DNA from: an uncultured bacterium
Lineage (GTDB): Bacteria > Patescibacteriota > Doudnabacteria > UBA920
Length of the DNA: 64,000 nucleotides
Assembly: GCA_963749445.1 (NCBI GenBank)
Contig: CAVVMJ010000010.1
Location: 254,021-318,020, forward strand
Direction: 5' to 3'
Each line of letters begins with the position of its first letter. The stretch's first letter is position 1. Made by a program: the position numbers and the translations under genes. The notes beneath the pieces are model-generated. The model did no database searches, was not told the DNA's origin, and saw only the letters and a list, made by a program, of their open reading frames with translations. Below are positions 56,565 to 64,000 of this stretch, piece after piece.

Positions 56565-57776
56565 TTATTTATCTTTCTTGCCCCACTTTTTTATGGCCGC
56601 GTCGTATTCTTTGCCGTAGTTGCCGTCTATGGCCTGCCTCATGGCGCGGACGCCGGCTAAGGTGCCCATGGGGTGGGAGGTTAGGGCGCCGCCGACGTTG
56701 GCCATCCAGTTGGCATGGCCGACTTCGGCTTTAATATACTCCACGAGCCCAGGCTGCATACCGCAGCTAAGTGCCGGCACACAGTTAATATCGTTAAGAT
56801 CCTGGATAATGCGCTTGGTGCGCTCGGTTTCGTCGTTAAGATAGCCGCCGATCATGCCCACATGCAAAGTACTGCAGCCGCTTAAACCGGCCAGGTTAAA
56901 AATTACCCGCTCGTTAATGTTATAGGGACCGGTATTTAAAACTTTGTCCCCGCTTTTTTGGAAATGCATAAGCAAAGGCAAATCCAGTTCGCGCAGGGAT
57001 TTATAAACCCCTAAACCGCAATGGAAATTTATATGGATGCCGTTACCGCCCAAATCCGCCACCAATTTGGCCCGCTTTAAAATATGCGCGGGGTCGGAAC
57101 TCATGGACACGCAATAAAAAACTTTGGCGCCGCTGTCCCTTAAATATTCCATAACCAGCGGCACGCGTTTTTCTATGGGGCAATGCGCCGGATCGGACAA
57201 AATTTCGTCTTCCTTGATAAAATTACAGCCCCCGTCTATAAGCTGTTTGACCAAATCCAAGTGCCGCTCCGGCGACAGCCCGACTTTGGGCTTGACTATG
57301 CCGCCGAACAAAATTTTATTTTCCGGGACGCCGCAATATTCCTTCATCTCCCGCAGGCCTACTTTAGGTCCCAAAAGGCACTTGCGCATATTCGGGGTCA
57401 ACCGGACATCCAGCAGCTCGCAGCCCTCAATGATGTCTATGTCCATTTGTCCCCCCATGGTTTGCACCAGGAGCTGAGAGACGCCGTCAGTCTGGAAATT
57501 AATATTGGCTTCCGGAAAGGCAATCTGCACCGTCCCCTGCTTTAAGCGCTCCAGACTTTTTTCATCGCTGAGCACCAGGCAGGAATGGTGCTCAAACAGC
57601 TCATCGGTTTCAAATTCCGAACGGTTTTTGGGATTGCCCACCGACTGGCCGATGGCCAAATCCCACGCCGCGTCCCTTAAGTTGGTCTGGCTTTTTAAGC
57701 GGTAAGTCGCGATGTAATATTTATTAAAAAATTCTTCCGAAAGCTCGGAGCTCGATCCCCGAAAAATATCAATCAT
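56565..57776 (-). CDS. RuBisCO large-subunit family protein, probably a RuBisCO-like protein (type IV RLP)
   Basis: Strong match to the RuBisCO core LFGGIVKPKVGLSPERHLDLVKQLIDGGCNFIKEDE (KPK, carbamylation Lys and acidic metal ligands present). The HIHRA-equivalent segment reads IHINFH, so the catalytic His/Arg look substituted. About 403 aa, shorter than bona fide RuBisCO. Confidence 0.65.
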   Translation of the reverse strand: MIDIFRGSSSELSEEFFNKYYIATYRLKSQTNLRDAAWDLAIGQSVGNPKNRSEFETDELFEHHSCLVLSDEKSLERLKQGTVQIAFPEANINFQTDGVSQLLVQTMGGQMDIDIIEGCELLDVRLTPNMRKCLLGPKVGLREMKEYCGVPENKILFGGIVKPKVGLSPERHLDLVKQLIDGGCNFIKEDEILSDPAHCPIEKRVPLVMEYLRDSGAKVFYCVSMSSDPAHILKRAKLVADLGGNGIHINFHCGLGVYKSLRELDLPLLMHFQKSGDKVLNTGPYNINERVIFNLAGLSGCSTLHVGMIGGYLNDETERTKRIIQDLNDINCVPALSCGMQPGLVEYIKAEVGHANWMANVGGALTSHPMGTLAGVRAMRQAIDGNYGKEYDAAIKKWGKKDK

Positions 57777-58096
57777 ATGATTTCAAATTTATCGTTTTTT
57801 ACTGACGGAATTTTGACCACGATGAGTTCGCATTCCGTAAAAAATACCGGGTCGGCGACTTCACCGGGTTTAATGATAAAGACGTCGCCTTTAGTGAATG
57901 TCCTGTTCATCAGCTTCATTTTGCCCCGAATCAGATAATTGATTTCCGTGGCCACTTTGTGGTAATGCTTGGCCCAGCGCTCGCCTTTGGGGTGGAGCTT
58001 AAAACAAACTTCAAAGTCTTGGGTTTTATGGGCGGCCGGGCGGAAATTGCCAATGAACCAACCGCCTTTCCATTTTTTGGATTTATGGACTTCCAT
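57773..58096 (-). CDS. cupin-domain protein
   Basis: 107 aa with a two-His cupin motif (KHYHKVATEINYLIRGKMKL). Confidence 0.6.
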   Translation of the reverse strand: MEVHKSKKWKGGWFIGNFRPAAHKTQDFEVCFKLHPKGERWAKHYHKVATEINYLIRGKMKLMNRTFTKGDVFIIKPGEVADPVFFTECELIVVKIPSVKNDKFEII

Positions 58097-58100
58097 AAGG

Positions 58101-58820
58101 CTATAAATTTCTCCATTTCTTGTAATTTTCGTAGTCTTCCGGTATGCCGATGGGAAAATGCATATTAAAATGGTAAGGGAGAATCTTCATGCCTTTTTTC
58201 AGCATATAGTTGTAGGAAGGTGCGACATAATATTCGCCGTTTAAAGCATCTTTATTCTGCTCCATTTCCTCAACCGATTCCACAAAATATTTCCCTTTTT
58301 TCCAGTAATGCAGCCCGTTGGTGGCCAAATTGCTAATGACGACCTTTTCCTTGGTTTCAGTCACCAGGTTACTTTCATTGATTTTAACATAGCTGTTTTT
58401 GGGGCTGCTGGAAAAGAACGTGCCCAAAACCCCGTCGGGATTGTGGAAATCGCAAAAATTCTTGAATTGTTCGTAACTGAAATCCTCTATAATTTGGTCG
58501 CAGTTGACCACGATAAGCGGCGTATCGTTATTGATATGCCGCTTGGCCTGCATGCAGGACATGGCCGAACCCTGGGGCACGTAATCTATTTCCACCAGCT
58601 TATAATCGGAAATCAGCCCGTCCAGTTTTGCCTTAAGCGCGGCCGGGTCCAGGCTTTTTTTGTTCACCACAAAAATAAATTTTAAATCCGGATGCGCCAA
58701 GTTTTTGACCACGCGCTCTATCATAGTGGATTTGCCCATAGGCAAAAAAGGCTTGGGCACCTTGTAACCCATATCGCTGAACCTTTGGCCAAGTCCGGCC
58801 ATGGGAATCAATATATTCAT
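58101..58820 (-). CDS. sugar-phosphate nucleotidyltransferase (GT-A-like NTP_transferase fold)
   Basis: N-terminal ILIPMAGLGQRF...KPF motif, characteristic of nucleotidyltransferases. Confidence 0.6.
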   Translation of the reverse strand: MNILIPMAGLGQRFSDMGYKVPKPFLPMGKSTMIERVVKNLAHPDLKFIFVVNKKSLDPAALKAKLDGLISDYKLVEIDYVPQGSAMSCMQAKRHINNDTPLIVVNCDQIIEDFSYEQFKNFCDFHNPDGVLGTFFSSSPKNSYVKINESNLVTETKEKVVISNLATNGLHYWKKGKYFVESVEEMEQNKDALNGEYYVAPSYNYMLKKGMKILPYHFNMHFPIGIPEDYENYKKWRNL

Positions 58821-58833
58821 AAAGTTTGATTAA

Positions 58834-59289
58834 TTATAGATATTTGGTTATGAAATCGCTGCAAATTCCGGCGCAAGCCTTTAGCCCACGGTTGTCTTTG
58901 CGCGCTTCCGGCAAAACACAAATGCTGTTTTTCAATAACCGCCCTTTGAAGCAATGGACCCAAATGTAGCCTTTGGAAGTCAAAGCGTAGTCGTCTTCCT
59001 GGTGCCAAAAATAGTGCAGTCCGGGACGCTGTTTTAAATAGACAAGCGCCGCGGCGTTTTTAGCGTGATACCAGGCGCGCGCCGGATCAAGCTCCGTAAA
59101 AAGAGTTTCGTCAACTTTATATTGCGGCCCATCGTGCCCCAAAAACAGGCCGCCTTGGGTATGCCATAAATCAAGCTCAATGTCAAAACCTAAAGATTGA
59201 GCGAACTTTAGGTACGAAGGCTGGTTTTCTTTTTCAGGCCTCGCCCCCTCTGTATTGCCGCGATGGGATATTAATATCATTTTAAACAC
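58834..59289 (-). CDS. glycerophosphodiester phosphodiesterase (GDPD)-like family protein, short
   Basis: N-terminal ISHRG motif and an E-x-D motif (FDIELDLW). Confidence 0.45.
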   Translation of the reverse strand: MFKMILISHRGNTEGARPEKENQPSYLKFAQSLGFDIELDLWHTQGGLFLGHDGPQYKVDETLFTELDPARAWYHAKNAAALVYLKQRPGLHYFWHQEDDYALTSKGYIWVHCFKGRLLKNSICVLPEARKDNRGLKACAGICSDFITKYL

Positions 59290-60373
59290 CTGTCTTAATG
59301 TTCATGCTTTGCATGCGCCTATGGTGTTTTTGCGCGATTGATTGAACGACAAAGGCATGGAATTTTGGAAATTGTTTCTTGATGAAAAACCGGAAATTAT
59401 AAACCACCGCGTAAGCCAGCTCCTCAAAAATATTCGGGACAATGACTAAGTGGTTGTTGGCGTATTTATTAAGCAGTTTTTTGTATTCGGTAAAAGTGTA
59501 CGGGCCGCCGTTGTTCAAGAAAGGGGCTTTCGCAAAGGCCACGCCGGGAAATTTTAACCAATTTATCCCGGCCCGCCGGCTGCTTAACAGGATGCAATTG
59601 CTGGCAAAATATTTTTCCGAGAGGGCGATATTGTCATGGGAAATATCCTCAATGTGCTCAAAATGCATTGGCTTGTATTTTGACAAAAACTGGGACCAAA
59701 TGTACTGTTCCGCCGAATATGGGTTAATAGCGACGCGCTCATCGCCGTTTTGGTCTTTCCTGGTCGTTTGCTTATTTATTAACGGGATGTCGAAAATATT
59801 TTTAACGTCTTCGGTTAACCCGAAAAAAAACCAGTCGCAGCAGTTAAACGGCCATTTTTGCCTCCGGTTGGGGTTGCAGGTGGTTAAGGTAACGACTCTT
59901 TGCTTTAAAATTTTATAATTTTGGTCAAACGGCAGCTGGCTGTATTTAATGAAATAATCTATAAATTTTTTCCCCTTAAGCTCCAAATCGCTTCTCATTT
60001 TGATGGCGTATTTGGTCCGGCAGGCTTTCAGGCCGTTGCCGGAAGAAACTATCTGGCGGAAACAATTGGTAGGATTATCCCCCATCTGATTGGGACCCGG
60101 GTCTTTGCTTAAAATTAAGACATCGTAATCCAAATTTTCCGTATCCGCGCCTTCCCAGGTGGATAAAATTATCTGGGCGCCGGGCAAATATTTGCGGACG
60201 CTCTTTAAACAAATATGCGTCAGCCTGTGCTTGGGATTGTTATTTTTCGAACCGGATACAGCCCCCTGGACCACGACCGATATTTCGCTGTTTTTAATAT
60301 TTTCCGTTGTCATATGTATTTGAATGTTTGATAAGCTTGGCTGCGCCCCGGAAGCAAACGCAAAATCGCCCAA
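59282..60373 (-). CDS. polysaccharide/LPS biosynthesis protein, WavE-like (tentative)
   Basis: 363 aa. ISVVVQGAV...STWEG N-terminal pattern. Sits in a glycan cluster. Family assignment from memory only. Confidence 0.3.
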   Translation of the reverse strand: MGDFAFASGAQPSLSNIQIHMTTENIKNSEISVVVQGAVSGSKNNNPKHRLTHICLKSVRKYLPGAQIILSTWEGADTENLDYDVLILSKDPGPNQMGDNPTNCFRQIVSSGNGLKACRTKYAIKMRSDLELKGKKFIDYFIKYSQLPFDQNYKILKQRVVTLTTCNPNRRQKWPFNCCDWFFFGLTEDVKNIFDIPLINKQTTRKDQNGDERVAINPYSAEQYIWSQFLSKYKPMHFEHIEDISHDNIALSEKYFASNCILLSSRRAGINWLKFPGVAFAKAPFLNNGGPYTFTEYKKLLNKYANNHLVIVPNIFEELAYAVVYNFRFFIKKQFPKFHAFVVQSIAQKHHRRMQSMNIKTGV

Positions 60374-60472
60374 ATTGCACCATAATTACAAACAAAATTC
60401 AACGCGATCCCACAATTATCACCCACTTGTAATTATAGCTCATCCAGCGGCTTTTTGCATCCCGAAACCAGG

Positions 60473-61518
60473 CTACAAGGTGAATAATTTTTTTAGGTTT
60501 GCCTCAACCGCGGCCTCGCTGCAATCCCTTAAAATATCCTGCCGGCACCTTTCGTTTTGTCCTTCGGCAATCCCGGGGTGTTGTAAATAATATAAAAGGT
60601 TTTCCGCCAATTTGGCGGAATCGGTCGGCTCATGAAACAAGGCCTTACCGCTAAACACTCCTATAAAGGACATTATTTTCGGCAGGCACAAAGCGCAGCC
60701 GCACAGAGCCGCGTCGTAGACGGCCACGCACTGGCCTTCGTCAAAAGACGAATTCACGCAAACCGCAAACGAATTTAAAACGGCCGCCAAATCGGCCTGG
60801 GCAAAAAACCATAAGTCTTAACATTATCTTTTAAGCCCCGTTTCTCCGCCTCCGGCCAAAAACTTCCGTCGTTAAGCGCGCCAATTACATGCAACTCTAT
60901 TTCCGGCATGCTCTTTTTTAGAATCTTTAACGCGGCAAGGATGGTCGGCAAATTTTTTTTAGGCGCGACATTGCCCAAATAAACCACATTCTTACGCGGC
61001 AAATTGCCGAACTTGTAAAAATATTTCGCTGAAACTGCCAAAGGCGCCACAAATAGTTTGCCCGGCGCGCACCCCCGGGCGACCAGAAATTCCTTTTCCC
61101 GCTCATTGTTTAAACGCACACGGACAAAAAATCTAAACACAAAATCCTGGATCTTTTGCTTAAGCTTGGTCTGCCTGACCACGTGAGTATGGCCCATAAA
61201 AATAGATTTGCCGGCGACAAACGGCACTAAAAAAGACTGCCACTCATAACTGTTCACATAAAACAACGCCCGGCGGTATTTAAACAATTGCCAAAAAAAA
61301 TTCCAGAAATTTTTATAATCAACCACTTTGATGTCCGGATCAAAACGGGGGTCGTTTTGCATATTGCCCGGGCCTTGCCTAATGAGAGCGATCGGCTGGT
61401 AACCCAAAGACTTAGCGACTTTCAGCGCCTGCAGGTGGTAATTTTCTTCCGGCGCAAAATCATACATTTGCCGCGAATAGCCCCAAATTACCGAAACAAA
61501 ATACTTTGGCTGGCTCAT
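60473..61518 (-). pseudogene. glycosyltransferase family 4 (GT1 fold), split by a -1 frameshift near 60775..60795
   Basis: The N-terminal ORF (60775..61518) and C-terminal ORF (60473..60790) overlap. The C-terminal ORF carries the GT4 EX7E-region pattern. The junction lies in a T6/C3 homopolymer context. Confidence 0.7.
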
Positions 61519-61543
61519 GGAAGTTTGATTAATAAAACTTTAC

Positions 61544-62611
61544 TTAAATGTCAAAAATTATGTTAAAAATCTCCCGGAACCGGATTTCAAAAGTGTGTTC
61601 GCGCAAGGTGCGCTCGTATCCGCATCTGGCTATGGCCTCGCGCTCCCGGGGATTTTCCAGATAATATTTAATCTTGCGCGCCAGCTCCGCGTTATCCTTA
61701 AATACGATGATCTCGCGGCCATCCTCGTAATATTCCCCCAGGTTATCGGCATAACCTGTGAGCAAAAAACCGCCGCAGCCCGGCACTTCAAAAGTCCGGC
61801 CTTTGATTTGGTCTCTCTGGTGGCCCAAAAACGAGCGGCAGTTTTCCGCCCAGCGCCAGGGGTTGTGCGGCCTGACGCGGCCGTGCTGTTTGTACAAAAA
61901 AACTCGCGCCACTGACCGCAGCGAATTATAACCGGAACCTTTGGTCAGGTTCAAATTTATCCGCGATTTATAAAACGCCTCAATCATTCCGGTCTGGTCA
62001 ATCCTGCCGTTGGGCCAGCCGGCGCCAAAGCAGGAAACGTCAATTCCCTGCTCGGCTAACTCCGCCATAATCTTTGCCCTGTCCCCATGCACCTGGCCGA
62101 TAAAACTGGCCCCGTAGGTATAGTCTTTTGGCGGCACCGGCCCCGCAGGTTTGTACAAAAAATGGTTGCAGGCCCACTGGGTTTTTATGGCATTATTGTA
62201 ACCAATGCGGCGGTATTTTTCCGGCGCCTCGGAATCCGTGGTGGAGACAAAACTAAAGTTCGGCGCGTAGTACTTGGAAAAATTGTCAAACCGCCAGTGG
62301 TCGTCGGCAAACCAGTTAAAAGTTTTAATGCCCATATTAGTAATTTGTTTGACGGTTTGAGGCAAAATTTCATTGCGGAACAAATAAAAAAAACACAAAT
62401 CCGGTTTTTCGGAGGAAACGGTCTCCAAAAGCTTTTGGTTCATGGCCTTATGGCCGCTTTCGCGCATAATTTCGTCAAACGCAAAATACAATACCTTATG
62501 CCGGCCGTTGTCCATCTTCGCAAGCGTATCGTAAAAATTGTAATATTCCACCGACAAGCCCCTTTCGGGTTTGCCGGTATCGTGCTTTAAGGCTACAAAT
62601 AAAATTTTCAT
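61544..62611 (-). CDS. CgeB-family / DUF3880-type glycosyltransferase-like protein
   Basis: 355 aa. C-terminal Glyco_trans_1_2-like segment (GCGGFLLTGYADNLGEYYEDGREIIVFKDNAEL). Confidence 0.5.
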   Translation of the reverse strand: MKILFVALKHDTGKPERGLSVEYYNFYDTLAKMDNGRHKVLYFAFDEIMRESGHKAMNQKLLETVSSEKPDLCFFYLFRNEILPQTVKQITNMGIKTFNWFADDHWRFDNFSKYYAPNFSFVSTTDSEAPEKYRRIGYNNAIKTQWACNHFLYKPAGPVPPKDYTYGASFIGQVHGDRAKIMAELAEQGIDVSCFGAGWPNGRIDQTGMIEAFYKSRINLNLTKGSGYNSLRSVARVFLYKQHGRVRPHNPWRWAENCRSFLGHQRDQIKGRTFEVPGCGGFLLTGYADNLGEYYEDGREIIVFKDNAELARKIKYYLENPREREAIARCGYERTLREHTFEIRFREIFNIIFDI

Positions 62612-63453
62612 ATTTTTTTATTCCCAAAAAAAAACTTTTTTAAAACCGGCCGCACGGGCATACCTCCGATTAACCTTCTGATAATTAAGCGCGTGTAAGC
62701 AAAAAACAAAGCGGAAGTAAAACGGGGATAGGTTTTCCCATACTGCTTGATCAAACTGACATTTTTGATTTGTTGTTTCAATAAATTTTTTCCCCCGTCC
62801 GAACTCGGACGGAGCCGGCATCTCACGCCATAAAAAGGCAAGTTGGCCATTTTTCCCACAGTCCCCAAATTCAGCCACAGCTCATAATCTTCCACGTGCC
62901 TCATAACTTCCCCGGCTTTATAGCCACCCACGGCCTTAAAAGCGGCTTTGCGGAATACCACGCTGGAATTAATGAAGCAGCTGCCGAACAAAATGTTTCT
63001 GCGGATTTTTTCATCGGTTTGGGGCGGGATGTAATCGTAAGCTTTGCGGCCCTTCTCATCCACGCCGCGCATCCCGGTGCCCGCCAAAACGCAGTCCGGA
63101 TGGTGTTCAAAAAAATCCAGCTGCTTTTTTAATTTACCGGGGTCAATCCATTCATCGTCGTCGTCAAGCAGCGCAACAAATTCTCCCCGCGCGTCGGCGA
63201 TGCCGAAATTTCTGGCCGCGGCCTGTCCGGCGTTGTCTTGCCGCAGATAACGCACGCGGCCATCCTGCTTGATCAGTTCCCCGACGATTTCCGCCGCGTT
63301 ACCCACGGTGGAGCCGTCATCGATGACAATTATTTCCAGATTTTGATAACTTTGCGATAAAACCGAAACCACCGCCTGCCTAATGAATTCGGAGGAGTTG
63401 TAAGTAGGCATTATGACTGAAACCAAATTTTCCATAAAATTTCTAAACTTCAA
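62608..63453 (-). CDS. glycosyltransferase family 2
   Basis: VIMPTYNSSEFIRQAV ... DDGSTVGN ... LDDDD motif set. Confidence 0.8.
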   Translation of the reverse strand: MKFRNFMENLVSVIMPTYNSSEFIRQAVVSVLSQSYQNLEIIVIDDGSTVGNAAEIVGELIKQDGRVRYLRQDNAGQAAARNFGIADARGEFVALLDDDDEWIDPGKLKKQLDFFEHHPDCVLAGTGMRGVDEKGRKAYDYIPPQTDEKIRRNILFGSCFINSSVVFRKAAFKAVGGYKAGEVMRHVEDYELWLNLGTVGKMANLPFYGVRCRLRPSSDGGKNLLKQQIKNVSLIKQYGKTYPRFTSALFFAYTRLIIRRLIGGMPVRPVLKKFFFGNKKI

Positions 63454-64000
63454 ACGCCTTAAAAATGTTTTTTAAACCCTGCTCATAAGTATAGTGCTTG
63501 ACCGCCTCCTGCTGCTGGCGGACAAAATCCTTATACTCCCTCTCGGACAGGCTTAAAGCCTTATCCACCATCTCGCTAATGCTGCCTTTTAAAGTGACAA
63601 ATAAGTCGTCAAATTTTTTGATGTTGGAAAAGGCCAGCTGGCCGTAAGAAATATTTTTGAACATCCGGCAGGGCAAATAATTATGCGCGGCCTGAAAACC
63701 TCCGCCGATGGCCGGAGCCAGCCTTGAACGCCTGATTAAAAACCGGTGCAGGCCGTCGGGCACAAACCTTACGGGATAAAACGCCAGGCCGCGATTTTTT
63801 AATACCTCTTTTAATTCAGCAATTTCGCGCAGGTTCCCCTGGTTATGCTCGTCATTCCAAACGCTGCCGACCCAAAATACGCGCCGGTGGCGGTTGAACG
63901 TCGGCGGCTTAAATTCGCCCGGCAACAAATCTGTGCCCCAGGGCTGGTATAAAATCCGGAAACGCGGGTTAAAAAAAACGACTTTATCCCATTGCTGGTT
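63443..64000 (-). CDS. hypothetical glycan-cluster protein (CgeB-like C-terminal region?), 5' end probably beyond the window edge
   Basis: The frame stays open upstream of the annotated TTG start up to position 64000. Confidence 0.4.
   Translation of the reverse strand, partial: NQQWDKVVFFNPRFRILYQPWGTDLLPGEFKPPTFNRHRRVFWVGSVWNDEHNQGNLREIAELKEVLKNRGLAFYPVRFVPDGLHRFLIRRSRLAPAIGGGFQAAHNYLPCRMFKNISYGQLAFSNIKKFDDLFVTLKGSISEMVDKALSLSEREYKDFVRQQQEAVKHYTYEQGLKNIFKAFEV

Noticed and set aside
56565-57776. Annotating the RuBisCO homolog as a carboxylating form II/III enzyme
   Set aside because: The His/Arg of the HIHRA motif look substituted and the protein is short, so RLP is more likely. Only a hand alignment was possible, so this remains uncertain.
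1-64000. Prophage, integrase, transposase or integron signatures to explain the repeat families
   Set aside because: No recombinase or transposase-like ORF and no attC-like arrays were found. The repeats appear to be non-autonomous.

Overview
This is a gene-dense bacterial chromosome segment of about 50% GC with short intergenic spacers. Gene content is consistent with an uncultivated, possibly Patescibacteria/CPR-like bacterium: a four-helix-bundle protein, a type IV pilus cluster, a RuBisCO-like protein, many glycosyltransferases, zwf plus a short 6PGDH, and a bshC-bshB-bshA-like set. This taxonomic placement is inference only. Supported features: a MacA/MacB-like efflux operon; an ECF sigma factor; a znuACB-zur divergon with a perfect 19-bp Zur-box palindrome; a marR-MFP-emrA-emrB efflux operon; three MFS transporters; a rhodanese/thioredoxin-like/permease trio; three tRNAs (His-GTG, Lys-CTT, Arg-TCG); a bacillithiol-like bshC/bshB/bshA cluster; an interrupted zwf next to a gnd-like 6PGDH; a DEAD-box helicase; typA/bipA; holA; a type IV pilus cluster (pilB, a four-helix-bundle gene, pilC, pilM, pilN, pilO, a pilP-like gene); and a large glycan-biosynthesis cluster that embeds a RuBisCO-like protein. 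The most unusual content is the repeat biology. (1) Five intergenic elements of about 100 bp have conserved, covarying 19-20-bp terminal inverted repeats (GTTGATGGGCATCTTCGTG ... CACGAAGATGCCCATCAAC). (2) Two families of GC-rich palindromic repeats are inserted in-frame inside coding genes (typA, holA, the bshC-like ORF and a hypothetical ORF) as well as in spacers, in the manner of Rickettsia palindromic elements. (3) A 210-bp leader is duplicated in front of pilM and pilB, and a 6.5-copy TCTCTAAT octamer tract lies between pilM and pilN. (4) An AT-rich islet (39.7-42.2 kb) holds small ORFs and two paralogous small hydrophobic peptides. Four genes are disrupted: macB-ATPase, the PG-binding surface protein and the GT4 gene by -1 homopolymer frameshifts, and zwf by a single in-frame TAA. 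These may be genuine pseudogenes or sequencing errors. No CRISPR array, rRNA, transposase or integrase was seen.
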